This document shows positions 45,883 to 56,032 of a DNA stretch of 64,000 bases, piece by piece. The stretch lies in IMG/VR virus record IMGVR_UViG_3300043754_000129, positions 259,679-323,678 of that record, one strand, 5' to 3'. Every line of letters starts with the position of its first letter. Positions within the stretch are counted from its first letter, which is position 1. The position numbers and the translations under genes are program-made. Below the pieces are notes generated by a model. It was not told the DNA's origin and made no database searches. It was given only the letters and a program-made list of their open reading frames with translations. The stretch is from a virus (taxonomy: Duplodnaviria; Caudoviricetes).

Positions 45883-46475
45883 CCCGAGAACGAGTTACCG
45901 AAGCTGCTCACCGTCGTGCTATTGACGGCGGCCATCGTGCAGTAGACCGTGTCGCCCGCTGCCAGATTGAGCACCCACGTGCCACTTGCCGTGATCCAGT
46001 TCGTCCCGTAATTCAAGAGACCATAAGGCGTGACAGCTGTGCCATTGTGGATCAAGTCAATCCGCGCATTCCCGCCATCACACGAAAGCGATGCTGCAAA
46101 CACATAGGTGCCTGCAATCGGTGCGGTGAACACACCACTCGTCGTGCTAAAGTAGCCACCGACGTTACACTGCATCGTCACACCCGACCAGGTGTTCGAA
46201 CCCATGACCACTGACTGATTGGTCGCGAAGTTGACCACCGTGTAGGTGTACTGCGTCATGCAGAAGGCCGGCTGCTGAGTACGTGCCGCGTAGCCCGACA
46301 CCAGCGCATTGCCAGTCACCTGCAACTTCTGCACGCCGTTATCCGTCGTCCCGCCGACGAGGATGTTACCGTTGGGCGACACCATCAGATTCCCATAGAG
46401 CTTCGTGGGATTGGCCGATGCAGCCGGCCCGAAGATGTCGACCAGTCTGGCCATCAGTTGATTGATCGTAGCCAC
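45870..46475 (-). CDS. C1q-like domain fibre/adhesin protein
   Basis: FSTTSGVFTAPIAGTYVFAASL and LNLAAGDTVY...FSGWLM. Confidence 0.8.
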   Translation of the reverse strand: MATINQLMARLVDIFGPAASANPTKLYGNLMVSPNGNILVGGTTDNGVQKLQVTGNALVSGYAARTQQPAFCMTQYTYTVVNFATNQSVVMGSNTWSGVTMQCNVGGYFSTTSGVFTAPIAGTYVFAASLSCDGGNARIDLIHNGTAVTPYGLLNYGTNWITASGTWVLNLAAGDTVYCTMAAVNSTTVSSFGNSFSGWLM

Positions 46476-47033
46476 TTAAGCCTCCAGGATAATCGCCGAC
46501 ACGTTGTACTGCGCAATCGTGCAGCTGGCGTTGGTGTAGGCTTGCAAGGTAAAGGTCACCGTCGCACCCGGTGTGTACGTATAGGGACTGACCATCACCT
46601 CACTGTAGCCAAACCCACTGCCCGAAGTGGGCGTGATGATCTGACTTGTACCGCCGGATGTGGCGATGCCGTTATTGGAGTTGGCCCCATCCAGGACTTG
46701 ATGTCCGTACCAGTACGGCTGCACCCCGCCCGTATTGGCCCAACTGCCGTTGGTGTTGATAATGAACATGATGCGAAACGCACCCGTTGCCGACTTAGCC
46801 GGAAACGTGATGGGAATCGCAGCAACAGTTGCCCAGGCGGCACTAACTGCGACAGACACCGAGGCACTCTTGAACTGAACCGCGCTGTTAGCCGTGCGAT
46901 TCGAATCGACGTACTGGGTGGTCGCCAAGTTCGTACTGTTGTCACCCTTGGCTGGCGTCAACGTCGTGACGTAAGTGATACCCGCCTTGAGCTGCTCCAC
47001 CAGCAACGCAAGGTTTTGCGTAAACGTGGTCAT
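46476..47033 (-). CDS. Short fibre protein
   Basis: TFTQNLALLVE N-terminus shared with the next gene; TPAKGDNSTNLATTQYV fibre repeat; beta-rich head. Confidence 0.75.
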   Translation of the reverse strand: MTTFTQNLALLVEQLKAGITYVTTLTPAKGDNSTNLATTQYVDSNRTANSAVQFKSASVSVAVSAAWATVAAIPITFPAKSATGAFRIMFIINTNGSWANTGGVQPYWYGHQVLDGANSNNGIATSGGTSQIITPTSGSGFGYSEVMVSPYTYTPGATVTFTLQAYTNASCTIAQYNVSAIILEA

Positions 47034-47042
47034 AGTGCGTCC

Positions 47043-48197
47043 TTAAATCTCCGCGGAAATCGCCACCCACGAGGCCGAGTTGTTTTCCAGGATTGCCGCT
47101 TGGCCTGCCACACCACCTGCGATAGTCGCGGTCACCAGAGCAGAGGTCGAATTCTGCGCGGTGAATGACAGTGCACTCGGCTGAATGTTCGCAGTGGTTG
47201 CCGTCCAGATCGTGAACTGGTTAGCCGCTGCGCTCGTGATACTGGACGGCGTGATGCGCTTGGGTTGGAAGTGCAACTGGAGATAAGCAATGGTCGCACC
47301 ATTCACCCCACCGGCTGCGAACTGACCACTCGGCTGATACTCGTAGTACCGCATGCAGTCGGCGAGCGACGCGGAAAAGATCTTGCGCTCCATCGGCGTG
47401 CACACGGGACCAGCTTCCAATTGCAAGTCCGAGACCGCAATCTGATTGCCGATTGTCGCTGCCCAATTCGTCGACCCGGCTGCCGTCCGTGCAATCCCGG
47501 ACTGCCACACATTCAGTGTGCTCGTCTGATACGTCCCCAGGTTCAGGAAGCCGATCGAGACGCCCAGCCCAGATGAGGTACTCGACGCCAGCGCCAAACT
47601 CAACGACACCGGGATGTTCGGAATCTGAATCAGCTGAGCACCGGCCGTTGCCACAAAGCTCGTGACGTACGAGTAGCCAGCGGCGAAGTCATACAGACAG
47701 ATCGAGTAAGTGCCCGCCACTGTTGCAAAGAACAGAAAGCGCAGCGAGCAAACCCCACCCAGCAAGTCGTAGACGTTGTAGCCTTCGATGAGCGTCTGGA
47801 TGCCACCGAAGTAGTTTATTCCCGTCAGCGCAGTCGGGACCGTGTTGACGGTTTGCACGACAGCGGGATAGCTGATCCCACCAATGCTGATGGTGCCCGC
47901 ACTCTGCGTGAACGCCCCACCTGTTGCCCCACTGTTGGTTGCCTTGTAGCGATCCACTCCGCCATAGCCCGAACCCGCGGCTGAAGCCAATGCAATCCCA
48001 CTGGGATACTGCTGCACTCGACAGTCGCCATTGACCACCTTGTTCTTGCCGGAGGCAGCTGCATACTGAAGGCTGCCATCGGGGAAGACCAGACCGTTAC
48101 CACCCAGCGTGGACGTGCCGGTGAATTGGATATTCCCATTCGCCGATGCCTTGAGAAACTCAACGAGCAGGGCGAGGTTCTGTGTAAACGTACCCAT
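47043..48197 (-). CDS. Tail-fibre-type protein
   Basis: KNKVVNGDCRVQQ..GYGGVDRY and LQLEAG..TPMER...LADCMRYY motifs typical of phage fibres. Confidence 0.8.
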   Translation of the reverse strand: MGTFTQNLALLVEFLKASANGNIQFTGTSTLGGNGLVFPDGSLQYAAASGKNKVVNGDCRVQQYPSGIALASAAGSGYGGVDRYKATNSGATGGAFTQSAGTISIGGISYPAVVQTVNTVPTALTGINYFGGIQTLIEGYNVYDLLGGVCSLRFLFFATVAGTYSICLYDFAAGYSYVTSFVATAGAQLIQIPNIPVSLSLALASSTSSGLGVSIGFLNLGTYQTSTLNVWQSGIARTAAGSTNWAATIGNQIAVSDLQLEAGPVCTPMERKIFSASLADCMRYYEYQPSGQFAAGGVNGATIAYLQLHFQPKRITPSSITSAAANQFTIWTATTANIQPSALSFTAQNSTSALVTATIAGGVAGQAAILENNSASWVAISAEI

Positions 48198-48200
48198 GAA

Positions 48201-48386
48201 TCATTCCATCCTTTTTAATGCACGCAACACACTGAGTCGCGCTTCGAGTTCTTCGATGCGGCGCGTGTGATTGCGCAACTGCCGCCCTTGACTTTCACAG
48301 GTTTCTCTCAGCGACACAACGTCCCCACGAAGTTCCTGCACCAGCGCTACGAGAGACGCCAGGTCCTGCTGAGTTGAATCGGTCAT
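48201..48386 (-). CDS. Small coiled-coil protein
   Basis: Heptad pattern; GGGGAA RBS. Confidence 0.6.
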   Translation of the reverse strand: MTDSTQQDLASLVALVQELRGDVVSLRETCESQGRQLRNHTRRIEELEARLSVLRALKRME

Positions 48387-48414
48387 GATTCATTCCCCGA
48401 GATAACAGAAAATA

Positions 48415-48436
48415 AGTCCTCCCCGAAGGGAGGACT
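48415..48436 (-). terminator. Rho-independent terminator
   Basis: AGTCCTCCC-TTCG-GGGAGGACT then TATTTT. Confidence 0.75.
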
Positions 48437-48448
48437 CAAACGGGCATG

Positions 48449-51400
48449 TTATCGTTTCTGTTTCTTGAGTTCCGCAACCTCATTCTTCAGGTGACGGATC
48501 TCGTGTACTGCTTCTTGTAGTGCTGCCCACAGCAGAGGCACAGCCTTCGAGTGATCCACCAGTTGCGGGTCGATGATCTCCGAGATCGCCAACACGTCTT
48601 CCGGCTTCACATCCTTCGGATCGTGACCCTTACGCATCACCGGCCAGCGATGCATCTGATCCTTCTCACCGACGACAGCACGCGGCGTGGTCTTCGCCAG
48701 CTCGTGTGCGAGGAAGCCGTCATGCTCTTCCTTCTGTTCATCGTTGATGAAGTTATACGTGTACACCGGAGTCTGCATGACGCGGTCAATTGCGCCCGTC
48801 ATCCGCTTCACGTTTTCCTTCAGGCGATAATCCGACGTGGTGTTGAATGCCGTAGCACTCGCCGTCACCGTGATGTTCCCGACAGTCGTACCGCTACTGT
48901 TCAAGAACATGACCGCATTGGTGTAGGTGCTCTGCTCTGCGCCGTTGATGTAGACCGTACCATAACCTTGGTTATTGGCATGACCTTGGATCAAGTGACG
49001 GATCGTATTGACCGTGGTGCTCAGGTTAAAGACACCCGAACCCCAGGAACCCGCACCCACTGCCGTCACACCACCCAGGTAGATCTGGCCTGCGGTGTTG
49101 ATGCGCATGCGCTCAGCACTGTTGGTCCAGAAGACCAGCGGCAGCTGTGTGCCCGTACCCAATGCCCCCGTGGAGATGGAGGCCGCCGACGAACTGATGT
49201 TCATCAATGCGTAGGACGAATTGGTCGGATCGGACTTCAACCACGCGATCACTTGCGTAGACGGACCCGTGCCATTGGGCAGCACGTTCAGGTTGGTGGA
49301 GCCATTGAGCGTGCTCGTCTGGAACGCCAGCTGGTTCGAGTACGACGCATTGGACATATCGCCCGTGATACGCAGGCCCGTTCCCACGAAGTTCAGGTTA
49401 CCACCTTGCTGTTGGGCACCGCCCGTACTGTCGCAGACGATCCAGCAACCGAACGCGGCACTGAACACAACTTCCACAAAACCCGTGTTCACGAGCTCAC
49501 CGCCCGTCAGGGCGTTGTGACCATTACCGTAGATCGGGTAAGCCGTCCCACCGTTACACGAAAGCGTGGAGGCGCCTGTGTTGGTCGTCTTCACCTGGAA
49601 CGTCATGCGCTGACCGTTCACCGGTGCAGCTGTCAGAGCCGGGATGTACGCCACTGCATACGCGTTCGCTACACCCGTATCGGCTGCAAACGTCAACTGA
49701 CCTTGCTGCACATTGGTCTGGGTCGCACAGTTCGCAAACGACACCGGTTGCAGACTGATTGCCGTGAAGCTATCGGTGGCCTGCGTCGGTGCAGCAGTCA
49801 GCGTCACCGCTGTGCCGCCACTGAAGGTGAAGTCTACACCCGGCACCAACCACGAGCCGCCCTGGAAGATCCAGAGGTAGCCCGCCAAGGCCGAGAAGGG
49901 CAGCGTCAGTGCCGTGTTGCCGACCGTCCCTGTGACCTGAGCGACTTGCGGTTGCAGCACGTTGGATGCATTGAAGAGCGCACCCGTCATGAACGTGTAC
50001 TGCGTGACACCATTGGCAGCTGCCGTCAGCGTCACGCTGTTACCCGTGGTCGCCGTGTAGTCCTGCCCCGGCACCATGAAGCCGCCGTTCGAGAAGCCCA
50101 CGACTTGCCCCAGACCGTAGTTCTGAATCTGGAAGGTCGTCACCCCGTTCGCCGGGATGTAGTTCTGCACGCTTGGAGCGGTGACTGCATACGCGGTTGT
50201 CTGCGTCGTGCCATCCGGGAAGGTCAGACCGTACCCGCTCCCCTTGATGGCGATCCCGCCGCCAAAGACCTGAATGCGGTTGCTGCCATCGTCAGACGTG
50301 CCACCAATCAGCAGGTTGCCTGATGCGAGGAACTCCGCGATCTGTTTGCTGGCGATACAGAATGCAATCCCCAGCGTACCCGAAGTGAGCGGCGTATCCA
50401 GGGTGTCGGTCGTCGCGTTCAGCATCAGGTACTTTGCATTGCCTGTAGCCGAGTACGACGTGATGACGTTGTTCGTCTGAGTGGAGCCCGAGATGACGCT
50501 CACTGGTGCGGGGATAATCGCGATCGCCTGACCGCCACCACTGATCCGTTGCACCGAGAGCGCTGCGCTCACCTGAACCGGCGTGTAGGTGTCATCCACC
50601 ACGTTCGGTCCCAGCAGCACGCGACCACCATTAGGCATGAACGAAACGTACGTGACTTGGTAGCCCGTCCGGTACGCATCCATAAGTGTGGTTGTGGCGG
50701 AACCCGCATCATTCACCGCCCGCATCCACATCGTCGTGCCATTGACACCGATGTCCCACACCGACTGGTCTGCTACCGTGGCTGCACTCTTCAGCGCAAG
50801 CCCAGCACCCGTCGAGTAGCTACCCAGGATAGCCGTGTTGCTAGCCGCTGCTGCAATCGCAGCCGAGAGACCACCACCCGATTCTGTCGAGGAGATCCAA
50901 CCACTGAAGGCGTTGCTTGCTGCGAGCGCTGCGTAGTTCGTTGGACTGAACGTGGCTGCGGTCCAGACAGTCGAACTGTTCACCTTCAGGGATGCACCCG
51001 GCAGGTTATAGCTTGTGCCATCCCAGAGCAGATACTTCGAGCCCGAGCTCCCCAGATAGATAATCCCGGTCGCAGCATTCCCGCCATAACCCTGCGTCGT
51101 CATCGACGTCGTAGCGGTCACCGTCGGGGCTGAGATACCACCCGTGAACGTTTGACCACTGATCGCCGCTTTCGTCGCAATCAGGTTGGTGAGCGTCGCC
51201 GAGAAACTGGTGTCATCGTTGATCGCTGCTGCCAACTCATTCAGGGTATCCAGATTCCCCGGAGCACCACCGATGAGGGCATTGATCGCCGCATACACAA
51301 ACGCCGTGTTCGCCGCGTTAAAGCTGTTGTCTCCCAGCGTCATCGTCGGCACAGTCAGGCTGGTTGTGAACCGACCCGTCGTGGCTTGCAATGCCGTCGT

Positions 51401-52444
51401 ACCATCATCACTCACACCACCGAAGACACCACGGGTGATGTATGCGACAGGGACCGTCAACGAGACGCTGAACACCGGCGAGCTCTGGTTCGTGTACATC
51501 GTGGTGCGCCAGCTCGATCCGTTCCACGTGAACATCGCCTTATCAGCGGGATTCATCGCGAAGGCCGTACCGAAGTCTGCCGTGTCCGAACCGTTGGGCT
51601 TCACGCTCCACTTACCCGAGAGCGCATCCAAGAACACTGCACCACCCACACCCATGGTCGCACCTTGCGGGAGCGTTGCCACGTAAGTGCCACCCGTGCC
51701 GTTGGTCATCGGCGTGTAGGCACCTTGGTACTGGTTGGTCAGCGCATTGGTCGCTGCACTGATAGGCTTGACGCCCGTGAACTGAAGACCCGAGACCGAC
51801 GACACCGAGTAGATACCCGTGGAGCCATCGCAGAACAACTGGTTCGCGTTGCCTTGACCCACGCCTACCGAAGCCGTGCCACCTGTCATGTTCACCGTGA
51901 CGGTGTAGATACCCGTTGTCGAGTTATCCAGAATGAACGTGTGGACGGTTGCGGGCAGTGTGATCGTGAGGTTACTGGTGAGGTTACCCTGCACCCAGAT
52001 AATCCCCGCCGACGCCTGCGTGGCGTTGAGTGTGACGGAGCCACCGGTCGAACTGAACTCATACAGCGTATTCAGTTGGGCCTGCACAGCAGCCGCGGCA
52101 TTGGCCGCGTTTTGTGCCGTCGTGGCAGCAGAGCTCGCCATCGTTGCGGAACCCGCGGCTTGAGTAGCAGCAGTCGCCGCAGTCGTGGCACTGGTTCCTG
52201 CATTGGTTGCATTCGTCAATGCCGCAGTCGCATCATTCGCGACCGTGGCTACCAACGAAGAGGCAGATGCAGCACTCGTCGCGGCCGCAGCCGCAAAGGT
52301 GCTTGCGTTTTGGGCCTGAACGGTTGCACTGTTCGCTGCTGTGATTTCGAGGGCAAACAGATCCTCGAAGATCGTGGTAAAGCCAGCAATCGAAGTAAGC
52401 AGTGCACTCAAGTCAGATGAAGAAGTACCATCACTGCTCATCAC
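48449..52444 (-). CDS. Long tail fibre with C-terminal peptidase S74 intramolecular chaperone
   Basis: APGNLDTLNELAAAIND repeat, ADTGVANAYAV module, FNTTSDYRLKENV, GFLAHEL, VDHSKAVPLLWAALQE and terminal coiled coil. Confidence 0.9.
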   Translation of the reverse strand: MMSSDGTSSSDLSALLTSIAGFTTIFEDLFALEITAANSATVQAQNASTFAAAAATSAASASSLVATVANDATAALTNATNAGTSATTAATAATQAAGSATMASSAATTAQNAANAAAAVQAQLNTLYEFSSTGGSVTLNATQASAGIIWVQGNLTSNLTITLPATVHTFILDNSTTGIYTVTVNMTGGTASVGVGQGNANQLFCDGSTGIYSVSSVSGLQFTGVKPISAATNALTNQYQGAYTPMTNGTGGTYVATLPQGATMGVGGAVFLDALSGKWSVKPNGSDTADFGTAFAMNPADKAMFTWNGSSWRTTMYTNQSSPVFSVSLTVPVAYITRGVFGGVSDDGTTALQATTGRFTTSLTVPTMTLGDNSFNAANTAFVYAAINALIGGAPGNLDTLNELAAAINDDTSFSATLTNLIATKAAISGQTFTGGISAPTVTATTSMTTQGYGGNAATGIIYLGSSGSKYLLWDGTSYNLPGASLKVNSSTVWTAATFSPTNYAALAASNAFSGWISSTESGGGLSAAIAAAASNTAILGSYSTGAGLALKSAATVADQSVWDIGVNGTTMWMRAVNDAGSATTTLMDAYRTGYQVTYVSFMPNGGRVLLGPNVVDDTYTPVQVSAALSVQRISGGGQAIAIIPAPVSVISGSTQTNNVITSYSATGNAKYLMLNATTDTLDTPLTSGTLGIAFCIASKQIAEFLASGNLLIGGTSDDGSNRIQVFGGGIAIKGSGYGLTFPDGTTQTTAYAVTAPSVQNYIPANGVTTFQIQNYGLGQVVGFSNGGFMVPGQDYTATTGNSVTLTAAANGVTQYTFMTGALFNASNVLQPQVAQVTGTVGNTALTLPFSALAGYLWIFQGGSWLVPGVDFTFSGGTAVTLTAAPTQATDSFTAISLQPVSFANCATQTNVQQGQLTFAADTGVANAYAVAYIPALTAAPVNGQRMTFQVKTTNTGASTLSCNGGTAYPIYGNGHNALTGGELVNTGFVEVVFSAAFGCWIVCDSTGGAQQQGGNLNFVGTGLRITGDMSNASYSNQLAFQTSTLNGSTNLNVLPNGTGPSTQVIAWLKSDPTNSSYALMNISSSAASISTGALGTGTQLPLVFWTNSAERMRINTAGQIYLGGVTAVGAGSWGSGVFNLSTTVNTIRHLIQGHANNQGYGTVYINGAEQSTYTNAVMFLNSSGTTVGNITVTASATAFNTTSDYRLKENVKRMTGAIDRVMQTPVYTYNFINDEQKEEHDGFLAHELAKTTPRAVVGEKDQMHRWPVMRKGHDPKDVKPEDVLAISEIIDPQLVDHSKAVPLLWAALQEAVHEIRHLKNEVAELKKQKR

Positions 52445-53116
52445 TTACCTCTGGATGAAGTTCATCGTGGGTGCTTCGTCGAACGTCACCGTAATGGTGT
52501 CGCCCTTGAATACCGGAAACGTTGCTGCCGTCAAGGGCAGCGTGGTCGAGTTACGGGTGTAGGACAGCGTGATACCCGTGCCATCTACAATCACCATCCC
52601 ATCTGCGGGCGCTTGCCAGACAAAGGGAGATTGCGTGAGGCTCAGTGCTGTCGGATCTGCACCCGAGTTCTTGAATTGAGCAGCAGCCACCGCAGCGGAC
52701 GAAGCGGCCTGAGCAGCACTGGCGGCATTGGTCAGTGACGTCTGGGCGCTACTCGCGGCCGCAGTAGCTGAGGCAGCGGCATTGGATGCGCTGGTCGTCG
52801 CCGCATTGTTCGCTGCAATCGCTTGCGCTGCCAAGTACGTGGTTTTCGAGGCACTGGTCTCGGCATCCAAGGCACTGGCTGACGCATTGGTGGCAAAGCC
52901 CGATGCCTGCTGGGCACTGCCCGACGACAGGGTAGCGCTTTGGGCGGCGGCAGTGGCAGCAGCCGATGCATTCTGCGCATCGATCTTCGCAGCGGCAGCC
53001 TGTGCTTGGGCGTCAATGTCCGCAGCCTGATTGCTACCCAACCCCGGCACCAACCCCGCAAGGCTAGCCGTCAATCCACTGAGGTTGTCCGCGAGTTGTT
53101 TTGATGGAGTATCCAT
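52445..53116 (-). CDS. Short Ala-stalk fibre/decoration protein
   Basis: PSKQL..L.GL.PGLG N-terminus, Ala-rich stalk, small beta head (WQAPADG). Confidence 0.75.
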   Translation of the reverse strand: MDTPSKQLADNLSGLTASLAGLVPGLGSNQAADIDAQAQAAAAKIDAQNASAAATAAAQSATLSSGSAQQASGFATNASASALDAETSASKTTYLAAQAIAANNAATTSASNAAASATAAASSAQTSLTNAASAAQAASSAAVAAAQFKNSGADPTALSLTQSPFVWQAPADGMVIVDGTGITLSYTRNSTTLPLTAATFPVFKGDTITVTFDEAPTMNFIQR

Positions 53117-53125
53117 AACGAATCC

Positions 53126-53887
53126 TTAATTTGCTGACGGAACAAAGAAGCCAAACACATAGATGCTCGCAGCTTGCTCCGTGGGATCGCCACACGCGAC
53201 GGACAGCGTCAGCGTGATTGCCTGATTGGTACTCACGGCAATCGAGCCTTCAAGCTTGGCATTTAGGGCACAAACTTCCGAGGCGCAGATCTGCGAACCA
53301 TTGGCCGTGAAGGAGACCGTGGGCGCGGTGGCTGCAACGCCTGCCGCATTCATGATCCCGATAGCGAAGATGTGACCGTTGCCCGGAGCGGTGATGGCGA
53401 CCGACACAGTAAAGGTCCCCGTGTTCGCGCCACTGAACCAACTCGCTCCCTTGGCCGGCGCCACCTGTTTGAAGTTCGCGGCGCGCGCCGCATAACCCGC
53501 AGCGTTGGTCGCCGACGTCGAAGCCTGGCCGGCAGACGTCGAAGCCGCACTCGCAGAGTTCCCTGCGTTTGTTACGGCGGTAGCGGCGGTTGTAGCGGAG
53601 GCTGCTGCACTGGTAGCAGATGTGGATGCCCCACTGGCGCTACTGGCTGCGTTCGTCTTGGACGTGTTAGCGGCTGTGGCAGAGGCAGTGGCTGCACCCT
53701 GGGAACTGGACGCAGCCGTCGCACTGGATGCGGCGGCATGGGCCGAGGTCAGGATCTGCATGAGACTGCCTTGCAGGTTTCCATTCTTCGCCACACTGGC
53801 ATTGATTGCACTGGCCAGAGACTGCATCGTCTCAGTGAGCGCATTGACGTCCTTCGCCACTAATGCTGGAGTGTTCTCGTTACTCAT
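53126..53887 (-). CDS. Short Ala-stalk fibre protein with beta-sandwich head
   Basis: Start MSNENT at 53887 (GAGG RBS); Ala/Ser/Thr stalk; ITAPGNGHIFAIG head. Confidence 0.75.
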   Translation of the reverse strand: MSNENTPALVAKDVNALTETMQSLASAINASVAKNGNLQGSLMQILTSAHAAASSATAASSSQGAATASATAANTSKTNAASSASGASTSATSAAASATTAATAVTNAGNSASAASTSAGQASTSATNAAGYAARAANFKQVAPAKGASWFSGANTGTFTVSVAITAPGNGHIFAIGIMNAAGVAATAPTVSFTANGSQICASEVCALNAKLEGSIAVSTNQAITLTLSVACGDPTEQAASIYVFGFFVPSAN

Positions 53888-53894
53888 AGAGACC

Positions 53895-54653
53895 TCACAG
53901 CACAGCAGGAATGAAGAAGCAATCGCAGTACATCGAGAGCGCGTTACTGTTCGAGCCCGTGCTATTCGTGCCCGAGTAGACACAGGTCACCGCGGTGCCC
54001 GCACCCACGTAGATGGAGCCAATGTGGCACTGCGAGAGCAGGGTGTTGTCGCCCGAGACGTTGTTGCCATTGATGCTCAGGTTATACGCAATACCCGCCG
54101 GGTTAGGCGAGGACACGTTCGTGTGTCCCATGGCGACCACCCAACCTGCTACAGGCGCGGTGAAGGACGCCACGCACTGCTGACTGGTCCCAGCGGCGAT
54201 GATCGTACCGTGCAAGGACGAACCAATGGTCGGAGCCACGGCGCCACTGTTCATCGCATTCAATGCAGCCTGTGCACTGGAGGCGGAGGCGGAGGCACTG
54301 GAAGCGGAACTGCTCGCGCTACTCGCGGACGAGGAGGCGGAACTGGCACTGCTTGATGCCGTGGTCGCACTGTTGGCAGCTTGGGTGGCGGAATTCCCCG
54401 CATTAGTGGCGGAGGTGGCGGCGTTGGTCGCACTGGTGGATGCAGCAGACGCGCTGCTACTGGCGTTGGTCGCCGAGGTGGACGCTGAGGAGGCAGAGGC
54501 GGCCGCAGCCGAAGCACTATTGGCTGCCGCAGTTACCTGAGCTGCTGAGCCTTGCTCGTCGGCTTGCACCGCAGCAAAGCCACTCCCCAGACTCTCAATC
54601 TCGGAAGCAAGCGTACCAACGTTCGTGTTGAGTTGTTGTTGGGGAGAGGTCAT
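53895..54653 (-). CDS. Short Ala/Ser-stalk fibre protein with beta-sandwich head
   Basis: PQQQL N-terminus; SASS repeats; FTAPVAGWVVAMG head. Confidence 0.75.
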   Translation of the reverse strand: MTSPQQQLNTNVGTLASEIESLGSGFAAVQADEQGSAAQVTAAANSASAAAASASSASTSATNASSSASAASTSATNAATSATNAGNSATQAANSATTASSSASSASSSASSASSSASSASASASSAQAALNAMNSGAVAPTIGSSLHGTIIAAGTSQQCVASFTAPVAGWVVAMGHTNVSSPNPAGIAYNLSINGNNVSGDNTLLSQCHIGSIYVGAGTAVTCVYSGTNSTGSNSNALSMYCDCFFIPAVL

Positions 54654-54664
54654 GTTTATTCCTG

Positions 54665-55414
54665 TTAGATGCCAGCGACACTGATCGTTCCGGCCTCAGT
54701 GCCGATGTCTTCTGTACCACCTTGGTAGAGCCAAGACAGATTCGCGAACTTGCCTTGCGGACCCAGCTGCGAGTAGATCTGAAAGGTCAGGTTAAAGACG
54801 CCATCAGCCGTACCCGTTTGACCCGTGCCGTTCACGTTGGTCGACTCAGTGCCGCACCAGCGTTCGACGCAGGGCTCTTGACCCTTATAGCCAAAGCAGA
54901 TGTACGCGCCCCGATACGCAATGCTTGCGGTCAGAATCGAATCCACCTGATTGCCGAACATCGTGGCACTCATGACGTTCGTCAGATTCGCCGCACCCAT
55001 TTGCGGTTCGTCGTAGGTGAAGATCAGGTAGAGCTGTCCGTTGTTCAGTCCATTCAGGTAACTGATCATGTTCGCTGTGGCAGAACCCGCCGCAGTCGAG
55101 CCATTGTCACCAAAGACATCGAAGGTTTTCGTGTCGCTGATGTTACCGAAGTTGTCGAAGAGTACGATGTTGTACGAACGAGCGCCTGCAAACACCTGCG
55201 CGCCATCCATCCACAGACCGCGATTGGCAGCGGGGTAGACGATTTGCTGAAGGCCCAGGGAGTAGACCTCGTAAGAGTGGTTCGCGTGGAACTGTTCCCA
55301 CACACCACCCACATTGCGCCAGCCGGCTTTCGTAGGCTTCCAGGTCCCCGCCACATTGGCGTAGACCTTCTTGACTTCATCCCACGTACCGGCTACGTTG
55401 GTGAGTGCTGGCAT
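54665..55414 (-). CDS. ILEI/PANDER (GG)-domain protein, T4 gp35-like fibre component
   Basis: N-terminal NV(A/G)G.W repeats; TKTFDVFGD, MISYLNGL, LIFTYDEP, YRGAYICFGYKG. Confidence 0.65.
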   Translation of the reverse strand: MPALTNVAGTWDEVKKVYANVAGTWKPTKAGWRNVGGVWEQFHANHSYEVYSLGLQQIVYPAANRGLWMDGAQVFAGARSYNIVLFDNFGNISDTKTFDVFGDNGSTAAGSATANMISYLNGLNNGQLYLIFTYDEPQMGAANLTNVMSATMFGNQVDSILTASIAYRGAYICFGYKGQEPCVERWCGTESTNVNGTGQTGTADGVFNLTFQIYSQLGPQGKFANLSWLYQGGTEDIGTEAGTISVAGI

Positions 55415-55416
55415 GA

Positions 55417-55956
55417 TCAGTATTGGAACCAGAGGTCGCCGCTGTTACCACCAGACGGACCAGCCGTCGAGATGGTGATCTTCGGCATGGCAGCCAGGTT
55501 CGACGCAGCGGAAGCAGCCGAGGCAGCGGCAGCTGAAGCCGAACCCGATGCAGCCGTGGCGCTGCTACCTGCATTGGTCGCAGCCGTCTGTGCCGACGTC
55601 GCCGAGGCACCTGCATTCGTAGCGGACGTCGAGGCGTTACCGGCGGAGGTCGAGGCAGCCGAAGCCGAACCACTAGCATTGGTGGCGCTCAGCGAGGCAG
55701 CAGAAGCGGACGTGCTGGCAGCAGTGGCGGAACCCGACGCAGCACTGGCTGACGTTGCAGCGGCACTGGCGCTATTCGCAGCATTCGTGGCACTCGTACC
55801 AGCGGCGGTAGCGGAAGCAGCGGCGTTGGTCGCTTGGACTTTGGCATCTGCGTCATCGGAGGCGATGTTACCCAACCCGGGGGCGAGACCCGTGATGTTT
55901 TCAGCCAAAGAGGCAACTGCATTGGCCAATTGTTGGCCCGGAGTTTGTGCACCCAT
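55417..55956 (-). CDS. Short Ala-stalk fibre protein
   Basis: PGQQL..GLAPGLG N-terminus; ends ITISTAGPSGGNSGDLWFQY, a common fibre motif. Confidence 0.75.
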   Translation of the reverse strand: MGAQTPGQQLANAVASLAENITGLAPGLGNIASDDADAKVQATNAAASATAAGTSATNAANSASAAATSASAASGSATAASTSASAASLSATNASGSASAASTSAGNASTSATNAGASATSAQTAATNAGSSATAASGSASAAAASAASAASNLAAMPKITISTAGPSGGNSGDLWFQY

Positions 55957-55990
55957 TCTTGGTCTCCAGTTAGAGAATCATAGCATTTCG

Positions 55991-56032
55991 CGGCATAAGG
56001 GGCCGGGTTTCCCCGACCCATGGCTTTATGCC
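55991..56032 (-). terminator. Hairpin flanked by GGCATAA and TTATGCC
   Basis: GGCATAAAG...GGGTCGGG-GAAA-CCCGGCCC-CTTATGCCG. Confidence 0.6.
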
